Notes: generated from the letters alone by a model not told the origin. A stretch of DNA of 64,000 nucleotides from Eledone cirrhosa (GCA_964016885.1 OZ024749.1:11966001-12030000), one strand, 5' to 3'. Numbered from the stretch's first letter, positions 13,045 through 28,190 are shown. Program-made: numbers and translations.

Positions 13045-13752
13045 GTATGTATGTATGTATACACACACACATTCAAACAGACATTGGCACCAACACACAA
13101 TCGTTCAGAGAGAACAATACAAGATGTATTCATAATGTGTCAGGTACAATAATAAGTTTGGTTGAGTTGTATATTTAAATGGAAGGAAACATTAAAATAA
13201 TGAAAAACCCCCCAAAAAACAAAAACAGAGGAGGACAATAGGGAAGTGGAGAGGGATGATGAAGGGAGATAACTAACTCACGTATAACATCTTTCGTGTG
13301 TGAGAACTGGTTGGACAGTGATGCGATATACATGACACAACCAAAGCTGGCAGACAACGATCTTAAAAAGGAAGAGACCTAGGACAAGGGAGGCAACTCA
13401 CAGCTGCTCTACCAATTGCATCTCTTCGGTAGTTTTAGGAGGTCTTCATATTTGAGGATTTATTTTTCTTTCTTTCTTTATGTTGTTGAAAGAGAAGTGA
13501 GGCAGAACTGTCTTGCCGTACTCTAGGTCACAGCATGGGGTCAGCTGTTTAATAACATTCACTTCAGCCACCAAAAAATACTGATTGTGAGGGGGAAGGG
13601 AGTGGGGTCGATTTTTTTTTAAAGATGATAAACATTAAAAAGTTTCTTAGCAATTTTGTTTCTTGTTTTTTTTTTGTTCATACATTTTTAAACATTTTGA
13701 TAAGTTCAGACAGGTTTGCCATTATTGTTTATCATTATTCATTTTTTTCATT

Positions 13753-13964
13753 TTATCGCACCACAGCAGCTTCTTTATAATCAGTACCCTCCATGGTAAA
13801 GAATTCTTCGAGCTTCCATTGCAACGTTTCAAATGTTGGACGTTCCATTTCCTCTTTACGCCAACATTCCAACATAATATCATAGAGGGCTTTAGGACAG
13901 CATGGTGGACACGGCATGCGGTAACCATGTTCTACTTGATGCAACACTTCAGCATTGGTCATAC
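13753..13964 (-). CDS. Src42A: Src42A/FRK-type tyrosine kinase, last coding exon
   Basis: ttgtag acceptor, phase 1. Reads (G)[69 protein letters not shown] and includes the C-terminal regulatory Tyr (DYKEA). Confidence 0.95.
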
Positions 13965-14049
13965 CTACAACAAGATAAACAAAAACAATGAATATATATA
14001 TAGACATACTTTTTCCCTTCCAGGTACAAAGAACTGCTACTCAAGGAAC

Positions 14050-16400
14050 AAACCATGGTGAAGCTACAAATCTCTGGACTGCCATCTCAAAGGTGAAATT
14101 GTGAAACCTTTTGCGAATTACTGATGAGACTTGTGGCTGAAGCAAAACACCAGCCAGAGAAAGGGTTACCTGGAGCCATTGAAGCCAAGAGACAGGCATG
14201 GAAAGACTGAAAAATGGTGGTAGCAGAGACCAGTACCAAGTAGCTAAGAAAGAAGCTAGGCAACAGGTATCCACAGCTCGGAGAGAGGCTGAAGAAAGTA
14301 AATTTGCCAATGTCTGGAGATGTGAAGTGTTTCACATTGCAAGGCAGTGTGTTAGTGTGAATCAAGATTTGTTAGGGGAAAATGTGTGAGAAATGACGCG
14401 GGTGTATTTAGTATCACTGATGCTCAAAAGAAAGAGGCCTGGAAATGTTACTATGAGAGATTGATGAATGTAGCGAATGAATGAGAGGAAGAGAAACTAC
14501 CCCCCAACTTACCCAAAGTAAGGACCAGCTATTGAAGTTGATAGTTTTACTATGAGAGATTGATGAATGTAGAGAATGAATGAGAGGAAGAGAAACTACC
14601 CCCAACTTACCTAAAGTGAGGACCAGCTATTGAAGTTGATAGTTTTACTATGAGAGATTGATGAATGTAGAGAATGAATGAGAGGAAGAGAAACTACCCC
14701 CAACTTACCTAAAGTAAGGACCAGCTATTGAAGTTGATAGTTTTAGGGTCAAAGACGCAATCAAGGAGATGAAAAATGGTAAAGCTGCGAGACCATCAGA
14801 AATAGTTTCTGAGATGCTAAAAGCACCAGGAGAAGTAGGAGTCAAACTAGTAACCCACATAGTAAACCAAGTAATACATGATGGGGTCATAACCAATAAC
14901 TGGTGCAGCAGCACAATCATAAATTGCTACAAGGGCAATGGTGAGGCTCTAGAAAGGAGCAACTATAGAGGTATAAAACTAATGGATCAAGTGATGGAAA
15001 GGGCTATAGTGCAGCTAATTAGTGAAAGAGTCAAATTAGACGAGATGCAATTTGGTTTCATGCCTGAGAAAGTACTACAGATACCTTCTTTTTAGCAAGG
15101 CAACTACAAGAGAAATTTCTAGCCAAGAGTAAGCCACTATATCTAACTTTTGTTGATCTAGAAAAGGCCTTTCACAGAGTACCTCAATTTACTATCTGGT
15201 GGTCGTTAAGGAAACTAGATGTAGAAGAATGGATTGTGAGAGCAGTGCAAGCCATGTGTAGAAAAGCTGTCAGTAAAGTGAGAGTAGGAAGTGAGTTTAG
15301 TGAAGAATTCAAGGTTCAGGTAGGAGTCCATCCTGGTTCAGTTCTTAGCTCACTGCTATTCATCATAGTTATCCAGGCCATAACAGAGTGACTGTCCATG
15401 GGAACCTTTTTACACGGATGATCTGGTCCTTATAGCCGAATCCATAAAAAAACTAGAGAATAAGTTCAGACTATGGAAACAGGATTTGGAATCAAAAGGT
15501 CTGAGAGTAAACTTAGCCGAAACTAAAGTGCTTGTAAGTAGGAAAGAAGATAGGACCCTGATTCCTTCAAGGAAGTGGCCCTGCTCAATATGCAGAAAAG
15601 TAGTAGGCATAAATTCCATATAGTGTACACAATGTAAATCCTGGATACACAAGAGATGTAGTGAGATAACAGATAGACTAACAGGAAGAGAAGACTTTAT
15701 ATGTAGAAGATGCACAGGAGTAATCAAGGGGAATAGTATCAATGATATAAACCTCTTCAAGTCATAGGAAGGATCCATAGAAGTTTTTGATAGCTTTTGC
15801 AATCTAGATGACTTAATTAGCAGAGGAAGAGGGTGCTCTGAGCACACGATACCTAGAAAAAGGATAGATTGAAGAAGTTTAGAGAGCTACTCCCACCATT
15901 GACAAGAAAAGGTTTCTCCCTGTCTAGAAAAGGTCGTCTGTGTGACACCTGAGTATGAAGTGCTATATTGCATGGTAGTGAAACATTGGCAGAGACTGCA
16001 GAAGCCATGAGAAGGCTGGAGAGAAATGAAGCAACCATGATCCATTGGATGTGCAATGTAAATGAGCGAGAACGGCAGAGCTTGGGTGAATTGAGGGAGA
16101 AACTGGATTTAAAGGGAATCCGAGATATGTGCAAGAGAGAAGACTGCGTTGGTATGGGCATGTGATGCACATGGATAAAGATCGATGGGTGAAGAAATAC
16201 CAGGAAATTCCAGTGGAGGGAAACCACAGGAAAGGACGGCCAAGAAAGACCTGGGCAGAGGTTGAGAGTGGACTTCAAATCACTGAGATGCAAAGAGGAG
16301 ATGACGAAGGAATGCAGCAAATAGAGAGATGCTGTCCTGAGAAGGACCTATCTAACTCATGCAAGCATGGAAAAACAGACATAAAATGACACTGATGATG
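14050..16400 (+). mobile_element. Degenerate RTE-clade LINE (RT region to 3' tail) with an internal triplication of about 98 bp (14448-14745)
   Basis: MKNGKA, NYRGIKLM, QFGFMP, FVDLEKAF, YTDDL and RRLRWYGHV motifs with many stops; GCAAGCATGGAAAA..ATGATG tail. Confidence 0.9.
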
Positions 16401-16454
16401 ATATAATTGTGGTTTATTAATGAAGCAATAAATTTTATTGATCATATTTCAAAT

Positions 16455-16965
16455 CAGCTCCTGCAAGACCTGCAAGAACTGCAGGAGCTAATGCAGTAAT
16501 GTACTGGCTTTAGCCCTCAGTCAGTGCTGCAAAGACTGAGACATTGGTCTTCTCAAGCTCTCAAGGAAGCAGGTAGAGAAGTTCAAGTATCTAGGGGCTG
16601 TGTTCTTGAGTGGTGGAAGGCAAGAGGCTGAATCAAGAGTTGGTGCAGTAATGCACCAGCTGCAGCACTCGGTTACCAGAAGACAGGAGGTAGGTGTAAA
16701 AGCCAAACTCGCTATTTTCAATCAGATATTCATGCCTACCTTTACCTATGGTCTTGGGTAATGACTGAAAGAATGCAAACATGAATACAAAAGGCTGAAA
16801 TGGGGGTTTCTCCGAAGTGTCTTTGGAGTAATGATAGGGTGCATAGCTCAGAGGTCAGGGAGTTGCTCCAGGTAGAACTGTTACTTTGCCACACAGGTGG
16901 TTAGAATGTCTCAGGAAAGAATCACTGGCCAGATTTTATGGGCAAAGTCAACTGACAGGTAACAC
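16455..16965 (+). mobile_element. Degenerate LINE fragment of a second RTE lineage (Rex3/Expander-like)
   Basis: KQVEKFKYLG motif and similarity to the element at 24770-26070. Confidence 0.65.
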
Positions 16966-17644
16966 AGAGAATGTGCCACACTCCGTGACTTCTCAGATTA
17001 GAGATCTACTCTGCTCAAACAGAAAACCGGTTATCATCACATAAACCAAAAGAATATTTATTTAAAAACTTTTAAACATTCAAGAATTAATTCGAATCAA
17101 CATATTTCAAAGATATGATATAAAAAATATCGGTAGGAATTCCTTTTCAGTACAAAATGTTATTAAATGTGATCTCTCTCATGATCAAGTTGAATAAAAT
17201 CATCCATAAAACCAACACTAATTCAAGCAGAGAAAGAAAGATATGATAAATAAAAGTTCTCAGTAGATAAATTACCAAGCTAGCATGTCTGAAACAAGGG
17301 ACATAACTCAGCTGCAATTTTGTTAACTTCAATTCTGCAAAACAGAGCCTCAAAAAGGAACCCATGGTGAAAAGGGAACCCTGAACAATACCTCAAAAAG
17401 GATACTACGATGTGTAAGAGGCCCACAATGTCTTAGCAGGGAAAATGACCTTCAAATGCCTGTTAAATACTTCCTCATAAATAAATATTTCCATATAAGG
17501 AAACAATAGGGTATAAAATTCTAAAATACTAAGAATGATATAACTACACACACACACAAAGTACCGTAGAACTGAAATAAAAAGCCTGTGACATGAAGTA
17601 AATCTCTTTACAGACATGTCTATCTTAAAATTCAGTGTAAATGG

Positions 17645-20600
17645 AAAATTATAACATTGGTCAACAACCAAAATTATAACAACACTGGTCAACAACGAAA
17701 ATTATAACACTGGTCAACAACCAAAATTATAACACTAGTCAACAACGAAAATTATAACAACACTGGTCAACAACCAAAATTATAACACTGGTCAACAACC
17801 AAAATTATAACACTAGTCAACAACGAAAATTATAACAACACTGGTCAACAACCAAAATTATAACACTGGTCAACAACCAAAATTATAATACTGGTCAACA
17901 ACCAAAATTATAACACTGGTCAACAACCAAAATTATAACAACACTGGTCAACAACCAAAATTATAACACTGGTCAACAACCAAAATTATAACAACACTAG
18001 TCAACAACGAAAATTATAACACTGGTCAACAACCAAAATTATAACACTGGTCAACAACCAAAATGATAATACTGGTCAACAACCAAAATTATAACAACAC
18101 TGGTCAACAACCAAAATTATAACACTGGTCAACAACCAAAATTATAACACTGGTCAACAACCAAAATTATAATACTGGTCAACAACCAAAATTATAACAA
18201 CACTGGTCAACAACCAAAATTATAACAACACTGGTCAACAACCAAAATTATAACACTGGTCAACAACCAAAATTATAATACTGGTCAACAACCAAAATTA
18301 TAACAACACTAGTCAACAACGAAAATTATAACACTGGTCAACAACCAAAATTATAACAACACTGGTCAACAACCAAAATGATAATACTGGTCAACAACCA
18401 AAATTATAACAACACTGGTCAACAACCAAAATTATAACACTGGTCAACAACCAAAATTATAACACTGGTCAACAACCAAAATGATAATACTGGTCAACAA
18501 CCAAAATTATAACAACACTGGTCAACAACCAAAATTATAACACTGGTCAACAACCAAAATTATAACACTGGTCAACAACCAAAATTATAATACTGGTCAA
18601 CAACCAAAATTATAACAACACTGGTCAACAACCAAAATTATAACAACACTGGTCAACAACCAAAATTATAACACTGGTCAACAACCAAAATTATAATACT
18701 GGTCAACAACCAAAATTATAACACTAGTCAACAACGAAAATTATAACACTGGTCAACAACCAAAATTATAACAACACTAGTCAACAACGAAAATTATAAC
18801 ACTGGTCAACAACCAAAATTATAACAACACTGGTCAACAACGAAAATTATAACACTGGTCAACAACCAAAATTATAACACTAGTCAACAACGAAAATTAT
18901 AACAACACTGGTCAACAACCAAAATTATAACACTGGTCAACAACCAAAATTATAACACTAGTCAACAACGAAAATTATAACAACACTGGTCAACAACCAA
19001 AATTATAACACTGGTCAACAACCAAAATTATAATACTGGTCAACAACCAAAATTATAACACTGGTCAACAACCAAAATTATAACAACACTGGTCAACAAC
19101 CAAAATTATAACACTGGTCAACAACCAAAATTATAACACTAGTCAACAACGAAAATTATAACACTGGTCAACAACCAAAATTATAACAACACTGGTCAAC
19201 AACCAAAATGATAATACTGGTCAACAACCAAAATTATAACAACACTGGTCAACAACCAAAATTATAACACTGGTCAACAACCAAAATTATAACACTGGTC
19301 AACAACCAAAATTATAACACTGGTCAACAACCAAAATTATAATACTGGTCAACAACCAAAATTATAACAACACTGGTCAACAACCAAAATTATAACACTG
19401 GTCAACAACCAAAATTATAACACTGGTCAACAACCAAAATTATAATACTGGTCAACAACCAAAATTATAACAACACTAGTCAACAACGAAAATTATAACA
19501 CTGGTCAACAACCAAAATTATAACAACACTGGTCAACAACCAAAATGATAATACTGGTCAACAACCAAAATTATAACACTGGTCAACAACCAAAATTATA
19601 ACACTGGTCAACAACCAAAATTATAACACTGGTCAACAACCAAAATGATAATACTGGTCAACAACCAAAATTATAACAACACTGGTCAACAACCAAAATT
19701 ATAACACTGGTCAACAACCAAAATTATAACACTGGTCAACAACCAAAATTATAACACTGGTCAACAACCAAAATTATAATACTGGTCAACAACCAAAATT
19801 ATAACAACACTGGTCAACAACCAAAATTATAACAACACTGGTCAACAACCAAAATTATAACACTGGTCAACAACCAAAATTATAATACTGGTCAACAACC
19901 AAAATTATAACAACACTAGTCAACAACGAAAATTATAACACTGGTCAACAACCAAAATTATAACAACACTAGTCAACAACGAAAATTATAACACTGGTCA
20001 ACAACCAAAATTATAACACTGGTCAACAACCAAAATTATAACAACACTGGTCAACAACCAAAATTATAACACTGGTCAACAACCAAAATTATAACAACAC
20101 TAGTCAACAACGAAAATTATAACACTGGTCAACAACCAAAATTATAACACTGGTCAACAACCAAAATTATAACAACACTGGTCAACAACCAAAATTATAA
20201 CACTAGTCAACAACGAAAATTATAACACTGGTCAACAACCAAAATTATAACACTGGTCAACAACCAAAATTATAACACTGGTCAACAACCAAAATTATAA
20301 CACTGGTCAACAACCAAAATTATAACATTGGTCAACAACCAAAATTAAAACACTGGTCAACAACCAAAATTATAACAACACTGGTCAACAACCAAAATTA
20401 TAACAACACTAGTCAACAACCAAAATTATAACAACACTAGTCAACAACCAAAATTATAACAACATTGGTCAACAACCAAAATTATAACAACACTCGTCAA
20501 CAACCAAAATTATAACAACACTGGTCAACAACCAAAATTATAACAACACTAGTCAACAACCATAATTATAACAATACTAGTCAACAACCAAAATTATAAC

Positions 20601-22362
20601 ACTGGTCAACAACCAAAATTATAACACTGGTCAACAACCAAAATTATAACAACACTGGTCAACAACCAAAATTATAACAACACTGGTCAACAACCAAAAT
20701 TATAACAACACTGGTCAACAACCAAAATTATAACAACACTAGTCAACAACCAAAATTATAACAACACTAGTCAACAACCAAAATTATAACAATACTAGTC
20801 AACAACCAAAATTATAACAACACTAGTCAACAACCAAAATTATAACAATACTGGTTAACAACCAAAATTATAACAATACTGGTCAACAACCAAAATTATA
20901 ACAACACTAGTCAACAACCAAAATTATAACAATACTAGTCAACAACCAAAATTATAACAATACTAGTCAACAACCAAAATTATAACAACACTAGTCAACA
21001 ACCAAAATTATAACAATACTAGTCAACAACCAAAATTATAACAACACTAGTCAACAACCAAAATTATAACAATACTGGTCAACAACCAAAATTATAACAA
21101 TACTGGTCAACAACCAAAATTATAACAACACTAGTCAACAACCAAAATTATAACAATACTGGTCAACAACCAAAATTATAACAATACTGGTCAACAACCA
21201 AAATTATAACACTGGTCAACAACCAAAATTATAACAACACTAGTCAACAACTAAAATTATAACAATACTAGTCAACAACCAAAATTATAACAACACTGGT
21301 CAACAACCAAAATTATAACAACACTAGTCAACAACCAAAATTATAACAATACTGGTCAACAACCAAAATTATAACAACACTGGTCAACAACCAAAATTAT
21401 AACAACATTGGTCAACAACCAAAATTATAACACTGGTCAACAACCAAAATTATAACAACACTGGTCAACAACCAAAATTATAACAACACTAGTCAACAAC
21501 CAAAATGATAATACTAGTCAACAACCAAAATTATAACAACACTAGTCAACAACCAAAATGATAATACTAGTCAACAACCAAAATTATAACAACACTAGTC
21601 AACAACCAAAATGATAATACTAGTCAACAACCAAAATTATAACAACACTAGTCAACAACCAAAATGATAATACTAGTCAACAACCAAAATTATAACAACA
21701 CTAGTCAACAACCAAAATTATAACAACACTGGTCAACAACCAAAATTATAACAACACTAGTCAACAACCAAAATGATAACAACATTGGTCAACAACCAAA
21801 ATGATAACAATACTAGTCAACAACCAAAATTATAACAACACTAGTCAACAACCAAAATGATAACAACATTGGTCAACAACCAAAATGATAACAATACTAG
21901 TCAACAACCAAAATGATAACAATACTAGTCAACAACCAAAATGATAACAATACTAGTCAACAACCAAAATTATAACAACACTAGTCAACAACCAAAATGA
22001 TAACAACACTGGTCAACAACCAAAATGATAACAATACTAGTCAACAACCAAAATTATAACAATACTAGTCAACAACCAAAATGATAACAACACTAGTCAA
22101 CAACCAAAATGATAACAATACTAGTCAACAACCAAAATTATAACAACACTAGTCAACAACCAAAATGATAACAACACTGGTCAACAACCAAAATGATAAC
22201 AATACTAGTCAACAACCAAAATTATAACAATACTAATCAACAACCAAAATGATAACAACACTGGTCAACAACCAAAATGATAACAATAATAGTCAACAAC
22301 CAAAATTATAACAATACTAGTCAACAACCAAAATTATAACAACACTGGTCAACAACCAAAAT
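17645..22362. repeat. 25/28-bp satellite (CACTGGTCAACAACCAAAATTATAA[CAA]), 4.7 kb, intronic
   Basis: Visible tandem array. The unit contains the TIR of the adjacent transposon. Confidence 0.97.
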
Positions 22363-23771
22363 GCTTCTGGGACCAGAATAGCAATTTCCAACTAATTTTA
22401 GGTCGCTGATAATGAATATCACAGTTAAAACTGTTTGTTAGCTCTAGTTTACAACATACATCTAAGTGTCACAACAGGCTCCAACGAGCTTGTGGTAATG
22501 TGTTTCTTACCACACTCACAGTCTCACTGTCCTTTAGTATTGTTCCAGTAGTCATACGAGGTGGTTGTACTGTGCAAGTTTATATATTGAGGTGAAAGGT
22601 AGATTATTTTCCTAGTCAAACACTTTTTAAACTTATAATAAATATTCATTGAGTGAGCTATTGATATGCATGTGAGGCATTTTATATTAATTTTATTTTC
22701 CTACTGAATGATAGAAAAACTTCTGCTAAGTTGTCATGTTCTGTATTAAAATGATGAATTTATGAATCTTCTGTTTATCTTCTAATTGTTTGTTGTTTTC
22801 TTCTTACAGATGCCTTGCACCTGTGTGAATGAGGCAGACAACTTCTGCTACAATTGTGGTGAGGTGACCTTTGCATCACAGATGTGCCATATAACTGCTA
22901 TGGTTAGAGAGGCATATCACCCATATTTTGGATGCAAGATTGGTGTCCAGGATAAGAAGTGGGCTCCTCACAAATGCTGCAACACTTGTGCAACTAACCT
23001 TCACCAATGGTTGGACAAGAAGAGGAAAGGAATGCCTTTTGCTGTGCCAATATTGTGGCGGGAGCCAACAGACTATACCAACAATTGTTATTTCTGCATG
23101 TAAAAAAGGGCTTGTCGAAGAAGATAAAGGAGTCCTTTGAATATCCAAACATTCCATCAGTTATTCATCCAGTTCCATCCGAAGAAGGTTTGTTGTTCTT
23201 GATGCACGAACTTCGGTATCTTTTGAGTCAGATGAAGAAAATGATGAGGAGAAAGCTGCTTGGGAAGCATTCAAGTTAGTGGAGAAGGGATTTTTTCGGA
23301 AACAGAAGATAGGGGAACTATGGAGAATTGGTGGAAAACCTCATCAAGGCTTACAAGAATATGGAATGTAACATGTCACTTAAAATCCACTTTTTGGACT
23401 CACATTTAGACTTTTCCCCAGCTAACTGTGGGGCAGTTAGTGACGAACATGGTGATAGGTTTCATCAAGATATTTCAAGTATGGAAAAGTGGTACCAGGG
23501 CGAATGGAGCACAACGATACTTATAGACTATTGCTGGACATGGACAAGAGATGATTTTTCAGCCCACTATAAGTCTCAAGCAAAAAAGCAGAGAGTAGAT
23601 ACGGACAAGAGCTTAAAACATAATGACACATTTTGTACGTTATAATAAAATAATCAACTATTACATATCATGTATTTTCAAGCTTGTAGCTAATAAACAT
23701 TTATTAATGTGATATTTGGATTCAGGACATTTAAGAAGCACAAAACTTTTCAAAAATTGTTGACCAGTGTA
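22343..23771 (+). mobile_element. Internally deleted DNA transposon, probably Tc1/mariner-related (m44-like)
   Basis: 13-bp TIR CACTGGTCAACAA / TTGTTGACCAGTG followed by TA, with imperfect subterminal inverted repeats. Transposase remnants FCYNCG..YFGCKIGVQDKKWAPH..WREP..CYFC (22810-23103) and MSLKIHFLDSHLDF..SDEHGDRFHQDI..DYCW (23328-23645). The family name is from memory. Confidence 0.8.
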
Positions 23772-23834
23772 ATTAGGTGGCATTTTGGTTTATCTCCAGT
23801 AAAATAAAGCATTTTTCATTATTTCAATGATTTA

Positions 23835-24032
<198 letters not shown>

Positions 24033-24099
24033 TCAATATACAGACATAATTTCACACAAAACAAAAAAGTCTAAATATTTAACCCATTAAATACCAAAC

Positions 24100-24295
24100 T
24101 TTCCCTACTTCTATCGTACAAAACTTTCTCTACTTCTTTCAACAAAACCCCCTAGTTCTATCATACAAAACTCCCCCTAGTTCTATCATACAAAACTCCT
24201 AGTTCTATCATACAAAACTCTCCCTAGTTCTATAATACAAAACTCCCCCATACTTCTATCATACAAAAAACTCCTAGTTCTATCATACAAAACTG
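24100..24295. repeat. Minisatellite of about 24 bp (CTAGTTCTATCATACAAAACTCCC), about 8 copies
   Basis: Visible directly. Confidence 0.8.
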
Positions 24296-24379
24296 TTTGC
24301 TTTAAAGTGTTGATATTTATAGAAAACCCTTCCATCATAATTTTATATAAGAACCTTTAAGTTATATTCAAACACCAGC

Positions 24380-24752
24380 TTAACCCTTCATTACTGGAAA
24401 TAACCCATTTGCAGGAATTTAAGGAAACAAATATTGATAAATGTTTCTAAAATAAAATTATGATGTAGTATAAGAATAAAAATAATAAAATGAACAGTTT
24501 TGTATCATAAATCAAAGGCAGCCTCAGACAGTTTGTTAAGAAAATGGTTAATAATGAGAAAGTTAGTTATATTACTAAATTCCTCCAAAGTCTGGATTGT
24601 TATAATTATTTGAAAATTATGGGTGGTATCTTTCATTAGAAATATGGTAATGAAAGGGTTAATGACATAGACAGTATCTTTCATTAGAAATATGGTAATG
24701 AAAGGGTTAATGACATAGACAGTATCTTTCATTAGAAATATGAAAGGGTTAA
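24380..24752. mobile_element. piggyBac-type MITE with its right end present three times
   Basis: TTAA-CCCTTCATTAC ... GTAATGAAAGGG-TTAA. The terminal 48 bp or so is repeated. Related AT-rich fragments occur near 27215-27450 and 36200-36800. Confidence 0.65.
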
Positions 24753-24769
24753 ATACATAGACAGCCAAG

Positions 24770-26070
24770 CTCATGGGTGTTATCCAACCATCTTGCTCAG
24801 GGTCTACCCCTGGGTCACCTACCAGTTGGTTTTGTCCGTAAAATCTGTCCAGTAATTCTCTCCTGAGACATTCTAATCACATATCTATAGTATCGGAGCT
24901 ATGATCTCTCAATTCGGAGTAGTAGCTGTACCTGGAGTGACTCTCTGATCTCCGAGCTATGCATGCTGTGGAATAATATTACTCCAAAGACCCTTCAAAG
25001 AAACCCCATTTTGGCTGCTTGTATTCGTGATCATATTTTTTCAGTCATTACCCAATATTCATGACCAAAGGGAAGGGTTGGCACAAATACTGAATTGATG
25101 ATAGCGAGTTTAGTTTTTACTCCTACCTCTCTTCTTCTGATTACTGAAGCTGGTGCATTGCTGCACTGGTTCCTGCAATTCTTGCACTTTATTGAGCCTC
25201 TTGTCTTCCATTACTAGTGAACACAACCCTGAGATACTTGAACTTCTCCACCTACTTCAGTGAAACTCCATTCACCTGTAGAGTGCACTGCACAGGCTTC
25301 CTTGAGAGAATGTGTCTCAGTCTTCGCAGCACTGATTTTCATTTTAGCCATGCAGCACCCAGCATCAAACCTATCAAGTGCAAGTTGAAGATCGCCATCT
25401 GTCGAGTTGAGTAACGCCATGTTGACTGCAAATTCCAGCCGATTGATTATACACCCACCAGTCATGATACCACTTCTAAACCCACTGCACATGTCAATCT
25501 TGTTCATGTAAATAATGAACAGAAGAGAAGACGGTACGCACCCTTGACTGAGTCTAAATCCCACATTGAATGGTTTTGATTTACAACCATTTATCTGAAC
25601 ACAAATACTTGGACATTCATATAGAGACTTCAGGGCAGCAAGAAGCTGACCATCAATCCCATACTCCTGCACAACCTTCCCCAGCAGGTCCTAAGGAACG
25701 CAGTCATATGCCTTCTCATGGTCAACAAAACAAGAATATACCTCTTGGCAATATTCCCATTTCTCGAATACCTGCCACAGTGTGAATATTTGGTCGGCTG
25801 TCCTGCGTCCGGGGCGAAAGCTGCATTGTTTATCAGCTAGCTTGGACTCAACAATCTCCTTGCATCTCTTTGCATAGACTTTTCCAGGGAAGCTTAACAA
25901 GGAAATCCCTCTGTAATTGGAATAATCTCTTTTGTCTCCTTTTTTAAAAATTGGGATTATCACTCTTGATTGCCATTAGTTAGTGCCCTTCCTGAGATCC
26001 AGGCCACCTGGCACACACGAGTCAGCCAGAGAATGCCTTCTCTATTTAAGGCTTTTAACATCTCAGCCTG
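24770..26070 (-). mobile_element. Degenerate RTE-clade LINE (Rex3/Expander-like) RT region
   Basis: IIPIFKKGDKRDYSNYRGISLLS, FRPGRRTADQIFTL, FVDHEKAYD and QGCVPSSLLF motifs. Confidence 0.88.
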
Positions 26071-26074
26071 CTTG

Positions 26075-26330
26075 TGAAATTTACATGTATTCCACAAACA
26101 TGTGTACCCTTAAAGTAATTATTTCTCAGGGAGATTCATCATGTCATAGAGTGTGAAAAAGCCAGCCCTTTGAACTGGAGGTATGAAGTATTTTTGCCAG
26201 CTGAGTGGACTGGAGCAGCATGAATCATGAACTAAAGTGTCCTGCTGAAGAACACAATGTGCTGCCAGGAATTGAACTTATGTCATTACAACTGTCAAAC
26301 AGTCTAACCACTAGGCTATGCAACTTCACA
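26075..26330 (-). mobile_element. Degenerate tRNA-derived SINE (family B)
   Basis: Head and core similar to 54096-54233 (CAGCTGAGTGGACTGGAGCA..AAGTGTC..ATTGAACT..CTAACCACTA). Confidence 0.65.
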
Positions 26331-26586
26331 ATGCGGAAAACTATGGAAACACTGAACAACATAAAAATAAATTAATTTTCCATTACAATATATGTATAGG
26401 ATGACTGAGGGAGAATCTGGCTTTGATTAGTTGCTGTACCCCTGCATGCTGTAAAAAGTTAGTCAAAAGGGTTGGCATTAAGATGGACATCTGGACATTG
26501 CTTTAGAATGGCCCCCATAATGGGTATGAAGCTTGCCATAGGGCCCCACAAAGCTATCTGTTGGTTTTACAGAGAAGCTGGCCTTA

Positions 26587-26988
<402 letters not shown>

Positions 26989-27867
26989 TTACCTGACAGG
27001 TAGAACAATGTAAATTAGGAAAGATTCAAAGCAACTTAAATCCTTCACAGATGTAAGTGCTTATCATTGACTTCAAACAGGTAAAAAATAATATTTAATA
27101 ACGCTAAATATTCTTGCTGTTATCAAAGAGTTGTTTAGCAAGGTTAACAACTAACACTAAAACAAAGAGATTATTACATGGAATACCTTTCTTAAACTAC
27201 ACTAATAAACACATCTTTTCTTTTGTTACAATATTTGTTACTATATTTCTAATGAAAAACGCTGTCTATAATTTTCATATAAACTTGGAGAAATTTAGTA
27301 ATACAATTAACTTTCTCATATTAAGCTGGTGTATGGAACATAACTTTAAAATTCTTACATAAAATTATGATGGAAGGTTTTCAGATCAAGACTATTTAAA
27401 ATAATTTTGTATTGTGAAACCAGAAAAGGTTTACCATGGTTTGGTATGAAGAGGGTTATTTGCACAGAACTATAATTAACTTGTATGGGATGTAACTATA
27501 GCAACATTTATTTACACAAGTAAAAAAGAGCCACAGTTGCCATGTTGTCCAAGAGACAGCTTGATTCTAGTTCACTAGTGTTTGGTTACGTTGACTTAGG
27601 AGAATATTAAGAATATCTTAGTGCAACTACATCACAAATGAAGGGGTCATGAACAGATACTGAGCTGAGTTATCTACAGAATACCATCACTGTAAGATGA
27701 CAGAAGATGCTTTTGGCTATGTATGTCCATCATGTAACCAGTGAGAGCACCTCTGGAGTGGAAGCCAGAAGATACACACACACAAGGTATAGTAGACCTG
27801 TCAGACTACCCCCTCACCTGCCAGAACTTGTGTCCATGATGGGTGGAGACATCACATTGCCCAATGT

Positions 27868-28190
27868 TCCATGGAAGCAGGTTCATGAGAATTTGTGTCC
27901 ACATAGAGAAAATGCCAACATGGGGCTACCCCAGAAGCAGGTCCATGTCAGAGCTTGTGTCCATATAGGGAGAAGGGTAGACATGGGGCTACCTTAGAAG
28001 CAGGTCCATGTCAGAGCTTGTGTCCATATAGGGAGAAGGGTAGACATGGGGCTACCTTAGAAGCAGGTCCATGTCAGAGCTTGTGTCCATATAGGGAGAA
28101 GGGTAGACATGGGGCTACCTTAGAAGCAGGTCCATGTCAGAGCTTGTGTCCATATAGGGAGAAGGGTAGACATGGGGTTACCTTGGAAGT
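27868..28190. repeat. 63-bp minisatellite, about 5 copies
   Basis: CATGGGGCTACCTTAGAAGCAGGTCCATGTCAGAGCTTGTGTCCATATAGGGAGAAGGGTAGA repeated in tandem. Confidence 0.9.
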
